DNA of 64,000 bases from Paludibacteraceae bacterium (GTDB taxonomy: Bacteria; Bacteroidota; Bacteroidia; Bacteroidales; Paludibacteraceae). Below the pieces are notes generated by a model. It did not search any database, was not told the origin of the DNA, and saw only the letters and a list, made by a program, of their open reading frames with translations. Each line of letters begins with the position of its first letter. Positions within the stretch are counted from its first letter, which is position 1. Shown one piece after another: positions 36,102-45,047 of the stretch. Location: assembly GCA_017625155.1 (NCBI GenBank), contig JAGALP010000004.1, forward strand, positions 288,414-352,413. The letters are read 5' to 3'. The translations under genes were made by a program, and so were the position numbers.

Positions 36102-37394
36102 ATGAAATACCTATCTCCTATAGAGGCAGTTGGTCTCGTGAAATCGGGCGACACGATTGTCGTACAAGGTTCCACCTCCATACCTATGGTACTTTTGCGT
36201 GCACTCACCGAGCGCGCAAGCGAACTGCGTGATGTGAAAGTCATTTCGGGCTTTGGCATACACCCCGAAGAAGCACCCTATGCCAAACGCGAACTGATGG
36301 ACTCGTTCCGTGCGCTGAACATCTTTGTGCCCAACAACCTGCGTCGCGCTATGAAAGAGGGCGTGGCTGATACCATCCCATGCTTCTTGGGCGAAGTGCC
36401 ATTTCTGTTCCGTAGCGGACAAGTGCCAGTAGATGTGGCGTTTTTGAATGTGAGTGAGCCCGATGAGAATGGCTACTGCTCCTACGGCATCTCTGCTGAC
36501 ATTGCTTTCTCAGGGGCGGAGTGTGCGAAGACGGTTATTGCACAGGTAAACAAATACATGCCTCGCACTTTTGGCGACCCAGTGATACATGTTAGCCAGA
36601 TTGCTGCTATGTGTCGTGGCGATGAGCCACTGATTGAGGTGCCCACACCTGTGCCCAGCGAGATAGAAACGCGCATTGGTAACTTCATTGCCAATGAGAT
36701 TCCTGACGGCGCAACCCTCCAGATTGGTGTAGGCGGAATACCCAATGCCGTTATCAACGCGCTGAGCGGACATCAGCATTTGGGACTGCATACCGAAGCC
36801 ATTACAGATGGCGTGTTGCCACTGATAGAGAAGGGGATTATTGACAACTCGCTCAAGAAAATTTATCCAGGTAAGTCGTTGGGCAGTTTGGTGTTAGGTT
36901 CGAAGCATTTGTACGAATACATGGATAATAACCCAGACTTTGTTATTCGCGATGTAGCATTCACGAATGATCCGCAGAATATCCGTCAGAACCCTAAAGC
37001 AATGGCGATAAACTCGGCCGTGGAAGTGGACTTGACTGGTCAGATTTGTGCCGATTCGATAGGCGAGACGATTATTTCGGGTGTGGGTGGACAGCACGAT
37101 TTTATGTACGGTGCTTCGCTCTCAGAAGGAGGCAAATGCTTTATCGCGTTGCCCAGTATGACCAGCAAAGGGCAATCAAAGATTGTAGCTAATCTGGCTC
37201 CTGGTGCAGGCGTAGTGACCACACGCTTCCAGGCGCAGTATATCGCTACGGAGCATGGTATCGTTTATCTGCGCAACTTACCATTGGCAGAACGTGCTAA
37301 AGCACTCATCAGCATTGCTGATCCATCAGTGAGAGAGGAATTGGAGCGAGCAGCAGTGAAGCGATTTGGTATAGGATTCTTACGACTGAAATAA
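36102..37394 (+). CDS. acetyl-CoA hydrolase/transferase family protein (4-hydroxybutyrate CoA-transferase-like)
   Basis: ..GDTIVVQGSTSIP.., ..LHTEAITDG.., ..VGGQHDF.. motifs of the family. Confidence 0.8.
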   Translation: MKYLSPIEAVGLVKSGDTIVVQGSTSIPMVLLRALTERASELRDVKVISGFGIHPEEAPYAKRELMDSFRALNIFVPNNLRRAMKEGVADTIPCFLGEVPFLFRSGQVPVDVAFLNVSEPDENGYCSYGISADIAFSGAECAKTVIAQVNKYMPRTFGDPVIHVSQIAAMCRGDEPLIEVPTPVPSEIETRIGNFIANEIPDGATLQIGVGGIPNAVINALSGHQHLGLHTEAITDGVLPLIEKGIIDNSLKKIYPGKSLGSLVLGSKHLYEYMDNNPDFVIRDVAFTNDPQNIRQNPKAMAINSAVEVDLTGQICADSIGETIISGVGGQHDFMYGASLSEGGKCFIALPSMTSKGQSKIVANLAPGAGVVTTRFQAQYIATEHGIVYLRNLPLAERAKALISIADPSVREELERAAVKRFGIGFLRLK

Positions 37395-38411
37395 CCTATC
37401 GAGTACTTCAATTGCATTCATCGTTAGACGAGAAACAGGGTAGGTGTCCAAATCGTTTAACGATATGGTTATGCACTCTGCTATATTGGGCAAAGTGGTT
37501 ACTTTGTGCAGCAAAAAGCGCGTGTGAATACGTTGGTGCGACAATATATGACGATATGTGCCAATACACTGTATATCCGTAGCAGGAAAACCATCTGCGT
37601 ATTCGTTCAACGGAAACTCGTATAAATGTTTCCATATATCATTAGCTGTGCGACGGTGCAGTAGTGTATGCCAATCAGGTGTCAGATAGATATGGTATTC
37701 AAAATAGCGGTCGCGTACCTTAGGACGAGGCTTACGCACGGGCAACAAGTCCACAGTGTTGTTCTCGAATGCTTTACACCATGTTTGCAGTGGGCAACTA
37801 TGGCAGTCTGGAGCATTTGGTACACAGTGTAAAGCCCCCAATTCCATTATTGCCGAATTGAACAAACGTGGACGTGTGCGATCTAATAATTGCTCTGCCA
37901 ATTGCCTAAAATGCTTTTTGCCCTGAGTGGTGTCAAAAGCTATGTCGCAATCGAATAAACGAGATAATACGCGATAGACATTGCCATCTAATGCGGGGTA
38001 GGGCAAGTTGTATGCAAACGAAGCTATCGCTCCAGCCGTATATTCACCTACACCTGGCAGGGATATTAAAAAGTGGAATAGTGTAGCATGATCTTGAGCA
38101 ATATCGGTCCAAGTATGACCACTTTGCACCATCTGTTGCGCCGCTTTGTGCAGGTTGCGAGCGCGAGAATAATAGCCCAAACCTTGCCATAATCGCAGAA
38201 CTTCTTGTTCGCTGGCTGTAGCGAGCGACTCTACATCTGGGAAACGATCAATGAAGCGATAGTAGTAGGTAATACCTTGATCAACACGGGTTTGTTGCAA
38301 GATGATTTCAGAAATCCAAATACAATAAGGATCACGCGTTTCACGCCAAGGCAATGCACGCCCATTCAGTTCGTACCAATCAATTAACTTTTCGTGCAAC
38401 TTATTATTCAT
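37380..38411 (-). CDS. mutY: A/G-specific adenine DNA glycosylase
   Basis: ..LPWRETRDPYCIWISEIILQQTRV.., HhH-GPD ..LPGVGEYTAGAI.., 4Fe-4S Cys cluster ..C..C..C..C. Start 38411 fits the -7 box at 38421. Confidence 0.9.
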   Translation of the reverse strand: MNNKLHEKLIDWYELNGRALPWRETRDPYCIWISEIILQQTRVDQGITYYYRFIDRFPDVESLATASEQEVLRLWQGLGYYSRARNLHKAAQQMVQSGHTWTDIAQDHATLFHFLISLPGVGEYTAGAIASFAYNLPYPALDGNVYRVLSRLFDCDIAFDTTQGKKHFRQLAEQLLDRTRPRLFNSAIMELGALHCVPNAPDCHSCPLQTWCKAFENNTVDLLPVRKPRPKVRDRYFEYHIYLTPDWHTLLHRRTANDIWKHLYEFPLNEYADGFPATDIQCIGTYRHILSHQRIHTRFLLHKVTTLPNIAECITISLNDLDTYPVSRLTMNAIEVLDRLFQS

Positions 38412-38420
38412 AATCAAGTG

Positions 38421-38428
38421 CAAAGATA
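38421..38428 (-). promoter_or_regulatory. Bacteroidota -7 promoter box TATCTTTG
   Basis: 10 nt upstream of the mutY ATG at 38411. Confidence 0.4.
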
Positions 38429-38510
38429 GTAAAAAACGCTGAAATACACAAAAAAATAAAAAAAAATAATTTTTTCTTGTGTATTTCTTTGTAAATCAAA
38501 AAAATATTAT

Positions 38511-38518
38511 TACCTTTG
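38511..38518 (+). promoter_or_regulatory. Bacteroidota -7 promoter box TACCTTTG
   Basis: 79 nt upstream of the HU gene ATG at 38597. Confidence 0.5.
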
Positions 38519-38596
38519 CAGCCGATTTCGATTTTCGGAACATTTTTTTTAATTTTTGAGGTAAGTAAAGTATAACTCATTAAATATAACATTATT

Positions 38597-38869
38597 ATGA
38601 CAAAAGCAGAACTCGTAAATGAAATTGCAATTCAAACAGGTTATGATAAGACTACTATCATGAACGTGGTTGAGGCAGCAATGACCAACATCAAGAAAAC
38701 TGTAGCAAGTGGTGAGGCGGTTTACCTCCGTGGCTTTGGTAGCTTTGGCACAAAGACTCGTGCTGCAAAAGTAGCTCGTAACATTACAAAGAACGAATCT
38801 ATCCTCGTTCCAGAGCACAAAATTCCCGCTTTCAAGCCAGCTGATAGTTTCGCAGATCTTTTAAAATAA
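38597..38869 (+). CDS. hup: HU family DNA-binding protein
   Basis: MTKAELVNEIA.., ..GFGSFGTKTRAA..N..T.. arm motif; 90 aa. Confidence 0.9.
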   Translation: MTKAELVNEIAIQTGYDKTTIMNVVEAAMTNIKKTVASGEAVYLRGFGSFGTKTRAAKVARNITKNESILVPEHKIPAFKPADSFADLLK

Positions 38870-38889
38870 TTTATTAATACATTACAATT

Positions 38890-38979
38890 ATGCCAAACGG
38901 TAAGAAGCACAAAAGACATAAGATGTCTACTCACAAACGTAAAAAACGTTTGCGCAAGAATCGTCATAAGCATAAGTAA
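38890..38979 (+). CDS. 29 aa extremely basic peptide (possible small ribosomal protein, bS22-like)
   Basis: ATG..TAA ORF not in the ORF track: MPNGKKHKRHKMSTHKRKKRLRKNRHKHK. 20 nt after HU, with a terminator-like hairpin and T8 downstream. Confidence 0.5.
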   Translation: MPNGKKHKRHKMSTHKRKKRLRKNRHKHK

Positions 38980-39097
38980 GCTTTGATGTTTCACAAACGC
39001 TTTGTGGTTCACACCTATTTGGGCGCAAATAGGTTGCCACAAGGCATTTTTTTTAACACGTAAGGGCAAGTGAGCCCTGAATAACAAAAATTGACAT

Positions 39098-40678
39098 ATG
39101 AAAAGCGAATTGATTGTGGATGTAACTCCGCAAGAGATTGCTATCGCACTGACAGAAAACGATCGCCTTATGGAGGTCAATCGCGAAAAAAGAGGAATAG
39201 ATACCTTTGCTGTAGGCAATATATACTACGGACGCGTCAAGAAGATTATGCCAGCGCTGAATGCAGCTTTTGTGGATGTAGGACATGAAAAAGAAGCTTT
39301 TCTGCACTACCTTGATTTAGGGACAGAGTTCTTGACGCAACAGAAGTATGTGACTAAACTGATGTCTGACAAGAGGAAAATTCCTGAAATTCACAAGATA
39401 GAACGACAACCTGCTTGTGGAAAAGAAGGGCAAATTGCAGACTATCTGAAAGTAGGAGATACAATTCTGGTACAGGTAACAAAAGAGCCTATCAACTCAA
39501 AGGGACCACGCCTCTCAGCAGAAATCTCTATCACAGGACGTAATTTTGTACTCATACCTTTTATAGATAAGGTGATGGTAAGCAGCAAAATTAGCCGTCA
39601 ATCAGAAAAAGGAAGGCTGAAGCAATTGGTGCAATCAATCAAACCCAAAGGAGTAGGGGTGATTGTAAGAACTGTGGCTGAAGATAAACGCGTGGCGGAG
39701 TTGGATAATGAGTTGAAAGTGCTACTCAAACGCTGGGAAGACTGTGTTGTTACGTTGCAAAAGAAGGAACCTGTTGCGCTAATTAGCGAAGAGTTAGGAC
39801 GGACAATCGGGATAATACGTGATATCTTTTCACCTAATTTCGAAAGTATCCACGTGAACGACAAAGAGGTCTATCAAGAGATTAAGCAATATCTTGATTT
39901 GATAGCACCCGAATCCTCAAAGATTGTCAAACTGTACACTGGTGAACAGCCGATATTTGATAAGTTTGACATCACCCGACAAATGAAGACGGGATTAGGA
40001 CGAACAGTAGGATTCAAGAATGGTGGATACTTGGTAATGGATCGTACCGAAGCACTCTTCTCTATTGATGTGAATAGCGGAAGCAAAAAACTATTCGAAG
40101 ATCAAGAACAAAATGCATTCCATTTTAATATGCTTGCAGCTGATGAGATTGTACATCAATTGCGACTGCGAGATATTGGCGGAATAATTGTCATTGATTT
40201 CATTGACATGGATGACAAAGACAATCAGCAAGCGCTCTACGAACACATGCGCAAGTTGATGGATAATGACCGAGCAAAACACAATGTATTGCCCTTGTCT
40301 AAGTTTGGATTGATGCAGATTACAAGACAACGCGTGCGCCCAGCGGTGGAAGTAAATGTGACGGAAGTTTGCCCTACTTGTATGGGTAAAGGTAAAATTC
40401 AATCTTCGGTGCTGTTTACCGAACAGATTGAGGAGCAAATCCAAAATGTGAAGGCTGCTTATGGCAGAGGAGTAAGACTTCATCTTCACCCTTATGTGTA
40501 TGCATACGTGGAAAGAAATGGATGGAGAAGTTTGAAAACCAAATGGCGACTGAAATACGGAGTCCATACCATTGAAAATCAGAATTTAGGAATGCTGGAA
40601 ACGAAGTTCTATGGCAAAAAAGGTAATCAAATAGAGCTACCTAATAGCAAGGAAGATACTTCAAATGCAGAAAAGTAA
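39098..40678 (+). CDS. rng: ribonuclease E/G family protein
   Basis: S1 domain ..GNIYYGRVKKIMPALNAAFVDVG.., catalytic ..FSIDVNSG.., Zn-link ..CPTCMGKG... Confidence 0.9.
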   Translation: MKSELIVDVTPQEIAIALTENDRLMEVNREKRGIDTFAVGNIYYGRVKKIMPALNAAFVDVGHEKEAFLHYLDLGTEFLTQQKYVTKLMSDKRKIPEIHKIERQPACGKEGQIADYLKVGDTILVQVTKEPINSKGPRLSAEISITGRNFVLIPFIDKVMVSSKISRQSEKGRLKQLVQSIKPKGVGVIVRTVAEDKRVAELDNELKVLLKRWEDCVVTLQKKEPVALISEELGRTIGIIRDIFSPNFESIHVNDKEVYQEIKQYLDLIAPESSKIVKLYTGEQPIFDKFDITRQMKTGLGRTVGFKNGGYLVMDRTEALFSIDVNSGSKKLFEDQEQNAFHFNMLAADEIVHQLRLRDIGGIIVIDFIDMDDKDNQQALYEHMRKLMDNDRAKHNVLPLSKFGLMQITRQRVRPAVEVNVTEVCPTCMGKGKIQSSVLFTEQIEEQIQNVKAAYGRGVRLHLHPYVYAYVERNGWRSLKTKWRLKYGVHTIENQNLGMLETKFYGKKGNQIELPNSKEDTSNAEK

Positions 40679-40683
40679 ACGAA

Positions 40684-40720
40684 AAAATCACCTAATTGAT
40701 TTAGGTGATTTTTTATTTTT
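40684..40720 (+). terminator. intrinsic terminator after rng
   Basis: AAAATCACCTAA-TTGAT-TTAGGTGATTTT followed by a T-rich run. Confidence 0.8.
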
Positions 40721-40755
40721 TGGCAATTTCTTTTGGTTGTATGCAAAAAAAAGTG

Positions 40756-40763
40756 TAACTTTG
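40756..40763 (+). promoter_or_regulatory. Bacteroidota -7 promoter box TAACTTTG
   Basis: 38 nt upstream of ATG 40801. Confidence 0.5.
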
Positions 40764-40800
40764 CATGCTAATTTGAATAAACTTTAATATTTACAATATT

Positions 40801-42900
40801 ATGAAACGAATTTTACTATTTGTTGTTTGCAGTTTTATCGCGATTACGATTGCTGCAAAGACCGTTACTCCTGCTGCCTCTTTGCCAGCGTATTACGAAA
40901 GTATTGATGGTAAATCGGGTAAAGCGCTTTTTGATGCTGTGCAAAAAGTAACCAAAACGGGCTATTCATCACTAGGATATGATGGATTATGGGATGCATA
41001 TCCATATACCGATGTGCACGAGAACGGCTATGTGTGGGATATGTATAGCGATTGCACATGGAAGAGTATCAATTCCAATCACTGTGGTAACTATAGTAAC
41101 GAATGTGACTGTTACAACCGCGAGCACTCTATCCCCAAATCATGGTATGGTGGCACTACTAGTGGTCCTGGGTGCGATATATTCCATTTGGTTCCTACAG
41201 ATGGAAAAGTAAATGGTATCCGTAGCAACTATCCTTTTGGTGAAGTGTCAAGCGCAGATTATAATAAGCATGGTAATAAGAAAGGAACTGCGAAAAGTAT
41301 TACTATTATTGGCGGTAATACCATTGCAGGTAATACAGGAGCTACTATCTCTGCTTCAGGTACAGTATTTGAGCCACGTGATGAGTACAAGGGTGACTTC
41401 GCTCGTGGATATATGGGTGCGTTGCTCAAGTGGGCAGGCGACAAAGCTTTTACAGATGGAGAAGGTTCTAAAACATTTACTACAAACTTCTCTACAGGCT
41501 CTTTCGGTTTGACCAAATATGGTGTGGCATTGCTTATGAAATGGCACCGTCAAGACCCAGTTTCTAAGAAGGAAATAGACCGCAATAATGGTATTCAACA
41601 AACGCAAGGCAATCGTAATCCGTTTATCGATTATCCTTATATAGCAGAGTATATTTGGGGTGAGAAGGCAGGGGAGACGCTCTACCTCGATGACATCATG
41701 ACCGCCTACGATGCGGACTTCGTGTTGGGCGAAAGCGATGGTAGCCGCGAGGATGTGGTTCATACTCCTGTATTGAGCGTTAGCACTACCAAGGTGAACT
41801 TCCCAAGCGTACTCGTGGATGAGGAATCTTCCGTAAGTATCAAGGTGACAGGTGTTTATCTAACATCCAATGTTACCATCACAATCTCAGGCGAAGATGC
41901 AGATATGTTTGAAACTTCACGTTCTTCGCTCACAATCGCGGAGGCAAATAGTTCGATTAGCCAAAATAACGTTACTCTCACCTACATTCCAACCGAGCAA
42001 GGACAACATACAGCCACACTTCAAATCGCTTCTGAAGGCGCTGAAACACTCACTGCGCAGTTGTATGGTGCTTGCAATGCTTCATGCAACGTGACTTGGA
42101 TGGTAAACGGCGAAGAATATACTGCGGGCAATCCTACTACCACGCTAGCTGCTGGCAGCAAAGTTTCCATACTGCCTACAGCGCCTGCTTCACCTTGTAC
42201 CGAGAGCAATCAGTTTGTAGGCTGGAGCGAAGAGGTTATCACTACACCTCAAGATGAAATGCCTGCTGACTTGTTCTCCGATGCTTCTGAAGCACCTGCT
42301 GTCAGCCATGATGTGGTTTATAATGCAGTATTTGCAGATCTCACAGAAACGGATTCTTCTGCACCAGACACATTGATATTTGCTAAGGATCAAGAAACGG
42401 GATGGACTGTGAGCGGTACCTCATATACAAATAAATATTGGATATTAAAATCAAAGGCATATATTGAATCACCTACTGTAGAGTTGAGCAAATTGCAATC
42501 CATCACGCTCAATGTCCGTACGTATGGTGGTACTTCATATAACATTATCGATATCACGTGCAATGGACAGGTATTAGCTACCATAGATGCTGTAAATAGT
42601 ACTTTGAAAGACAAAGAATGGATACCTTCTTCCATACTTTCAGGTGAGGGCAAGATTCGTTTTAGCAGTACGGACAATACCGATGCGAATGGTCCTGCGA
42701 TAGCTAAAGTAACTATTAACTTGGAAGGTGGAACTTCATATGTTTATACTGATTATATCACTTCTTGTGGTTCTACTACAAATGTGGTAGATATACAACA
42801 ACCACAACATGTAGGTAACAAACTTCTCCGCGATGGACAACTCGTTATAGAGTACGATGGAGTATATTACAACACATTAGGACAACCCACAAACTTCTAA
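40801..42900 (+). CDS. secreted endonuclease I family nuclease with long C-terminal extension and conserved C-terminal sorting-like motif
   Basis: Signal peptide; ..NREHSIPKSW.., ..FHLVPTDGKVNGIRSNYPFGEV.. (Endonuclease_1 motifs); C-terminus ..LLRDGQLVIEYDGVYYNTLGQPTNF. Confidence 0.8.
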   Translation: MKRILLFVVCSFIAITIAAKTVTPAASLPAYYESIDGKSGKALFDAVQKVTKTGYSSLGYDGLWDAYPYTDVHENGYVWDMYSDCTWKSINSNHCGNYSNECDCYNREHSIPKSWYGGTTSGPGCDIFHLVPTDGKVNGIRSNYPFGEVSSADYNKHGNKKGTAKSITIIGGNTIAGNTGATISASGTVFEPRDEYKGDFARGYMGALLKWAGDKAFTDGEGSKTFTTNFSTGSFGLTKYGVALLMKWHRQDPVSKKEIDRNNGIQQTQGNRNPFIDYPYIAEYIWGEKAGETLYLDDIMTAYDADFVLGESDGSREDVVHTPVLSVSTTKVNFPSVLVDEESSVSIKVTGVYLTSNVTITISGEDADMFETSRSSLTIAEANSSISQNNVTLTYIPTEQGQHTATLQIASEGAETLTAQLYGACNASCNVTWMVNGEEYTAGNPTTTLAAGSKVSILPTAPASPCTESNQFVGWSEEVITTPQDEMPADLFSDASEAPAVSHDVVYNAVFADLTETDSSAPDTLIFAKDQETGWTVSGTSYTNKYWILKSKAYIESPTVELSKLQSITLNVRTYGGTSYNIIDITCNGQVLATIDAVNSTLKDKEWIPSSILSGEGKIRFSSTDNTDANGPAIAKVTINLEGGTSYVYTDYITSCGSTTNVVDIQQPQHVGNKLLRDGQLVIEYDGVYYNTLGQPTNF

Positions 42901-42929
42901 ACTTCTGAACTTCTGAACCCTCCAACATA

Positions 42930-43892
42930 ATGAATCTATCCGACCAAATACGCACATTGTGCAAACAGAAGAATGCCATTATCATGGCGCATTATTACCA
43001 ACGCCCTGAGATTCAGGATGTGGCTGACTTCGTGGGAGATTCCCTCGCTTTGGCACAGGTCGCAGCCAAAACCGATGCGGATATTATCGTGATGTGTGGT
43101 GTGCACTTTATGGCAGAGACAGCCAAAATCCTCTGCCCTGATAAGAAAGTGCTTATTCCCGAACCAGCAGCAGGTTGCTCCCTTGCGGATAGTTGCAAAG
43201 CGGAAGATTTGGCTGCATGGAAAGCAGAGCACCCTAATCATTTGGTGGTGTCTTATGTAAACACTAGTGCTGCCGTGAAGGCACTGACCGATGTGGTTGT
43301 GACCAGTAGCAATGCATTGAAGATTGTCAATCAGTTGCCAGAAGATAAACCTATTCTCTTTGGTCCTGACCAAAACCTCGGCGGATATATCAATTCAATG
43401 ACGGGACGCAAGATGGCTTTGTGGAATGGCGGATGCCATGTGCATGCCCGTTTCTCAGTAGAAGCAATATTGTCGCTCAAGCAACAATATCCCGATACCA
43501 AAGTGTTAGCACACCCAGAGTGCAAGGCGATTGTATTGCAGAATGCGGATGTGATTGGTTCAACGCAAGCGTTGCTTAATTATGCGAAAACTCATCCTGA
43601 GCAAAAGCGATTTATTGTGGCTACTGAGAGTGGTATTCTCCATGAAATGCAAAAATCGTGCCCAGATGTAGAGTTTATTCCTGTGCCACCAGAAATGACA
43701 GAGAGAATTGGGACGTGTTGTGCACAACCTGTTGCTAATCAATGTGGTTGTAATGAGTGCGAATATATGCGAATGAATACTTTGCAGAAACTGTACAATT
43801 GTCTTCGCGACGAAATAAACGAAGTATTTGTAGCTGAAGCAGTCGCCAAAGATGCTATCAAACCAATCCAACGCATGTTGGAGATGAGCTAA
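42930..43892 (+). CDS. nadA: quinolinate synthase
   Basis: ..AIIMAHYYQRPEIQDVADFVGDSL.., ..VSYVNTSA.., ..HPEC.. NadA motifs. Confidence 0.95.
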   Translation: MNLSDQIRTLCKQKNAIIMAHYYQRPEIQDVADFVGDSLALAQVAAKTDADIIVMCGVHFMAETAKILCPDKKVLIPEPAAGCSLADSCKAEDLAAWKAEHPNHLVVSYVNTSAAVKALTDVVVTSSNALKIVNQLPEDKPILFGPDQNLGGYINSMTGRKMALWNGGCHVHARFSVEAILSLKQQYPDTKVLAHPECKAIVLQNADVIGSTQALLNYAKTHPEQKRFIVATESGILHEMQKSCPDVEFIPVPPEMTERIGTCCAQPVANQCGCNECEYMRMNTLQKLYNCLRDEINEVFVAEAVAKDAIKPIQRMLEMS

Positions 43893-43931
43893 AGAAAGAT
43901 TAGTAGAATAACTCCAAACAGATGAATAAAA

Positions 43932-43964
43932 ATACCCCAATCGAGAAAATGGCGATTGGGGTAT
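43932..43964. terminator. bidirectional hairpin between convergent genes
   Basis: ATACCCCAATCG-AGAAAATGG-CGATTGGGGTAT, a perfect 12 bp stem flanked by A and T runs. Confidence 0.8.
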
Positions 43965-43992
43965 TTTTATCGTATAGAAGGCTTATAACTTG

Positions 43993-45036
43993 CTATAATT
44001 CGATGGTATAAGGTGTGGAGAAATCTGCGTTGAAATAATAGGTGGCTTGTTTTTGGTTTGGATTAAATATGACTGACCAACGTGTCCATCCGTCAAAGGC
44101 TACATTTTGTATGCTGTTTAATAATGACTTGCTGTTTGGTGTTGCAAGCAATTGCTCAAGGCGCTGATGTGAGTTAGAGATAGCAGGTTGCAGAGTAGTG
44201 TCGGTGGGGTGGGCATTGCACGTCAAACGGTGGTTGGTACATGCAATAGATTCTGTTACTACCAATTGATTATCAACGTATTCAACTACCGCGTATTTGC
44301 CTGTAGTATCGCACAAAGCAAAGTGGTGTGCTACGTTCATAGAGGAATGCATATCGTATTGTTGCAGCAATGCAATGGCTTCATCTACGTTAGCGGCATA
44401 GTCCAACATCAGTCGAATGGCAGCCACAGTAGTGATAGGTGTCTTACCTGTGTTTTGATGTGCTGCTTCGCCATCTATCTCAATCAGATCGGCTACGCAT
44501 AGTCCACACTCGTTCATGCCATCAAGAGGCACATAGATTGCTGCTATAGCAGGCATGCGCATGACGATATTGTCCGCAGGTTGCCATGTATCGCCATATC
44601 CCAAGAACAGGATACTATTGGTGGCAATGGAAACATAACCTTCTTTAGGGTAGGTGCGTGTGATCATCGTTTGCCCATGATGCTCGTAATCGAAATTGCG
44701 TCCCATACAAATGCCTGATTCTGTGCGTTGTACCAACGAAGAGCAGCCAAAAGGTTCTTGCTCCGGTGCTTCAGCAGGGGCAGTAGGAATGATACCATGT
44801 GTGAGGAACTGACCTATATACACAGCCATAGCCGAGTCGGTGGTCGCACCGCCAGACGCAAGGAAATCGGCAAAACCATAATCTCCCTCGTAGGTCATGG
44901 TATATACATTGGGAGCAACTTGTTCAATAGACTTGACCGCTTTGACTTGAGGAGCAAAAATATACATGAAGTAGGTGCCAAAAGCAGCAGCACCAATCAT
45001 CAGTAGGATAAAGAATATTCGTAGTATCTTTTTCAT
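43993..45036 (-). CDS. Ntn-hydrolase family protein (C45 / choloylglycine hydrolase-like linear amide hydrolase)
   Basis: N-terminal anchor, then ..PFGCSSLV..MGRNFDY.. resembling the autoprocessing Cys nucleophile context. Confidence 0.5.
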   Translation of the reverse strand: MKKILRIFFILLMIGAAAFGTYFMYIFAPQVKAVKSIEQVAPNVYTMTYEGDYGFADFLASGGATTDSAMAVYIGQFLTHGIIPTAPAEAPEQEPFGCSSLVQRTESGICMGRNFDYEHHGQTMITRTYPKEGYVSIATNSILFLGYGDTWQPADNIVMRMPAIAAIYVPLDGMNECGLCVADLIEIDGEAAHQNTGKTPITTVAAIRLMLDYAANVDEAIALLQQYDMHSSMNVAHHFALCDTTGKYAVVEYVDNQLVVTESIACTNHRLTCNAHPTDTTLQPAISNSHQRLEQLLATPNSKSLLNSIQNVAFDGWTRWSVIFNPNQKQATYYFNADFSTPYTIEL

Positions 45037-45047
45037 CGTTTAATGTG

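Noticed and set aside
38722-39219. 165 aa minus-strand ORF spanning the HU 3' end, the basic peptide ORF and the rng start
   Set aside because: It overlaps three better-supported + strand features and a terminator-like hairpin, and it has no motif or promoter.
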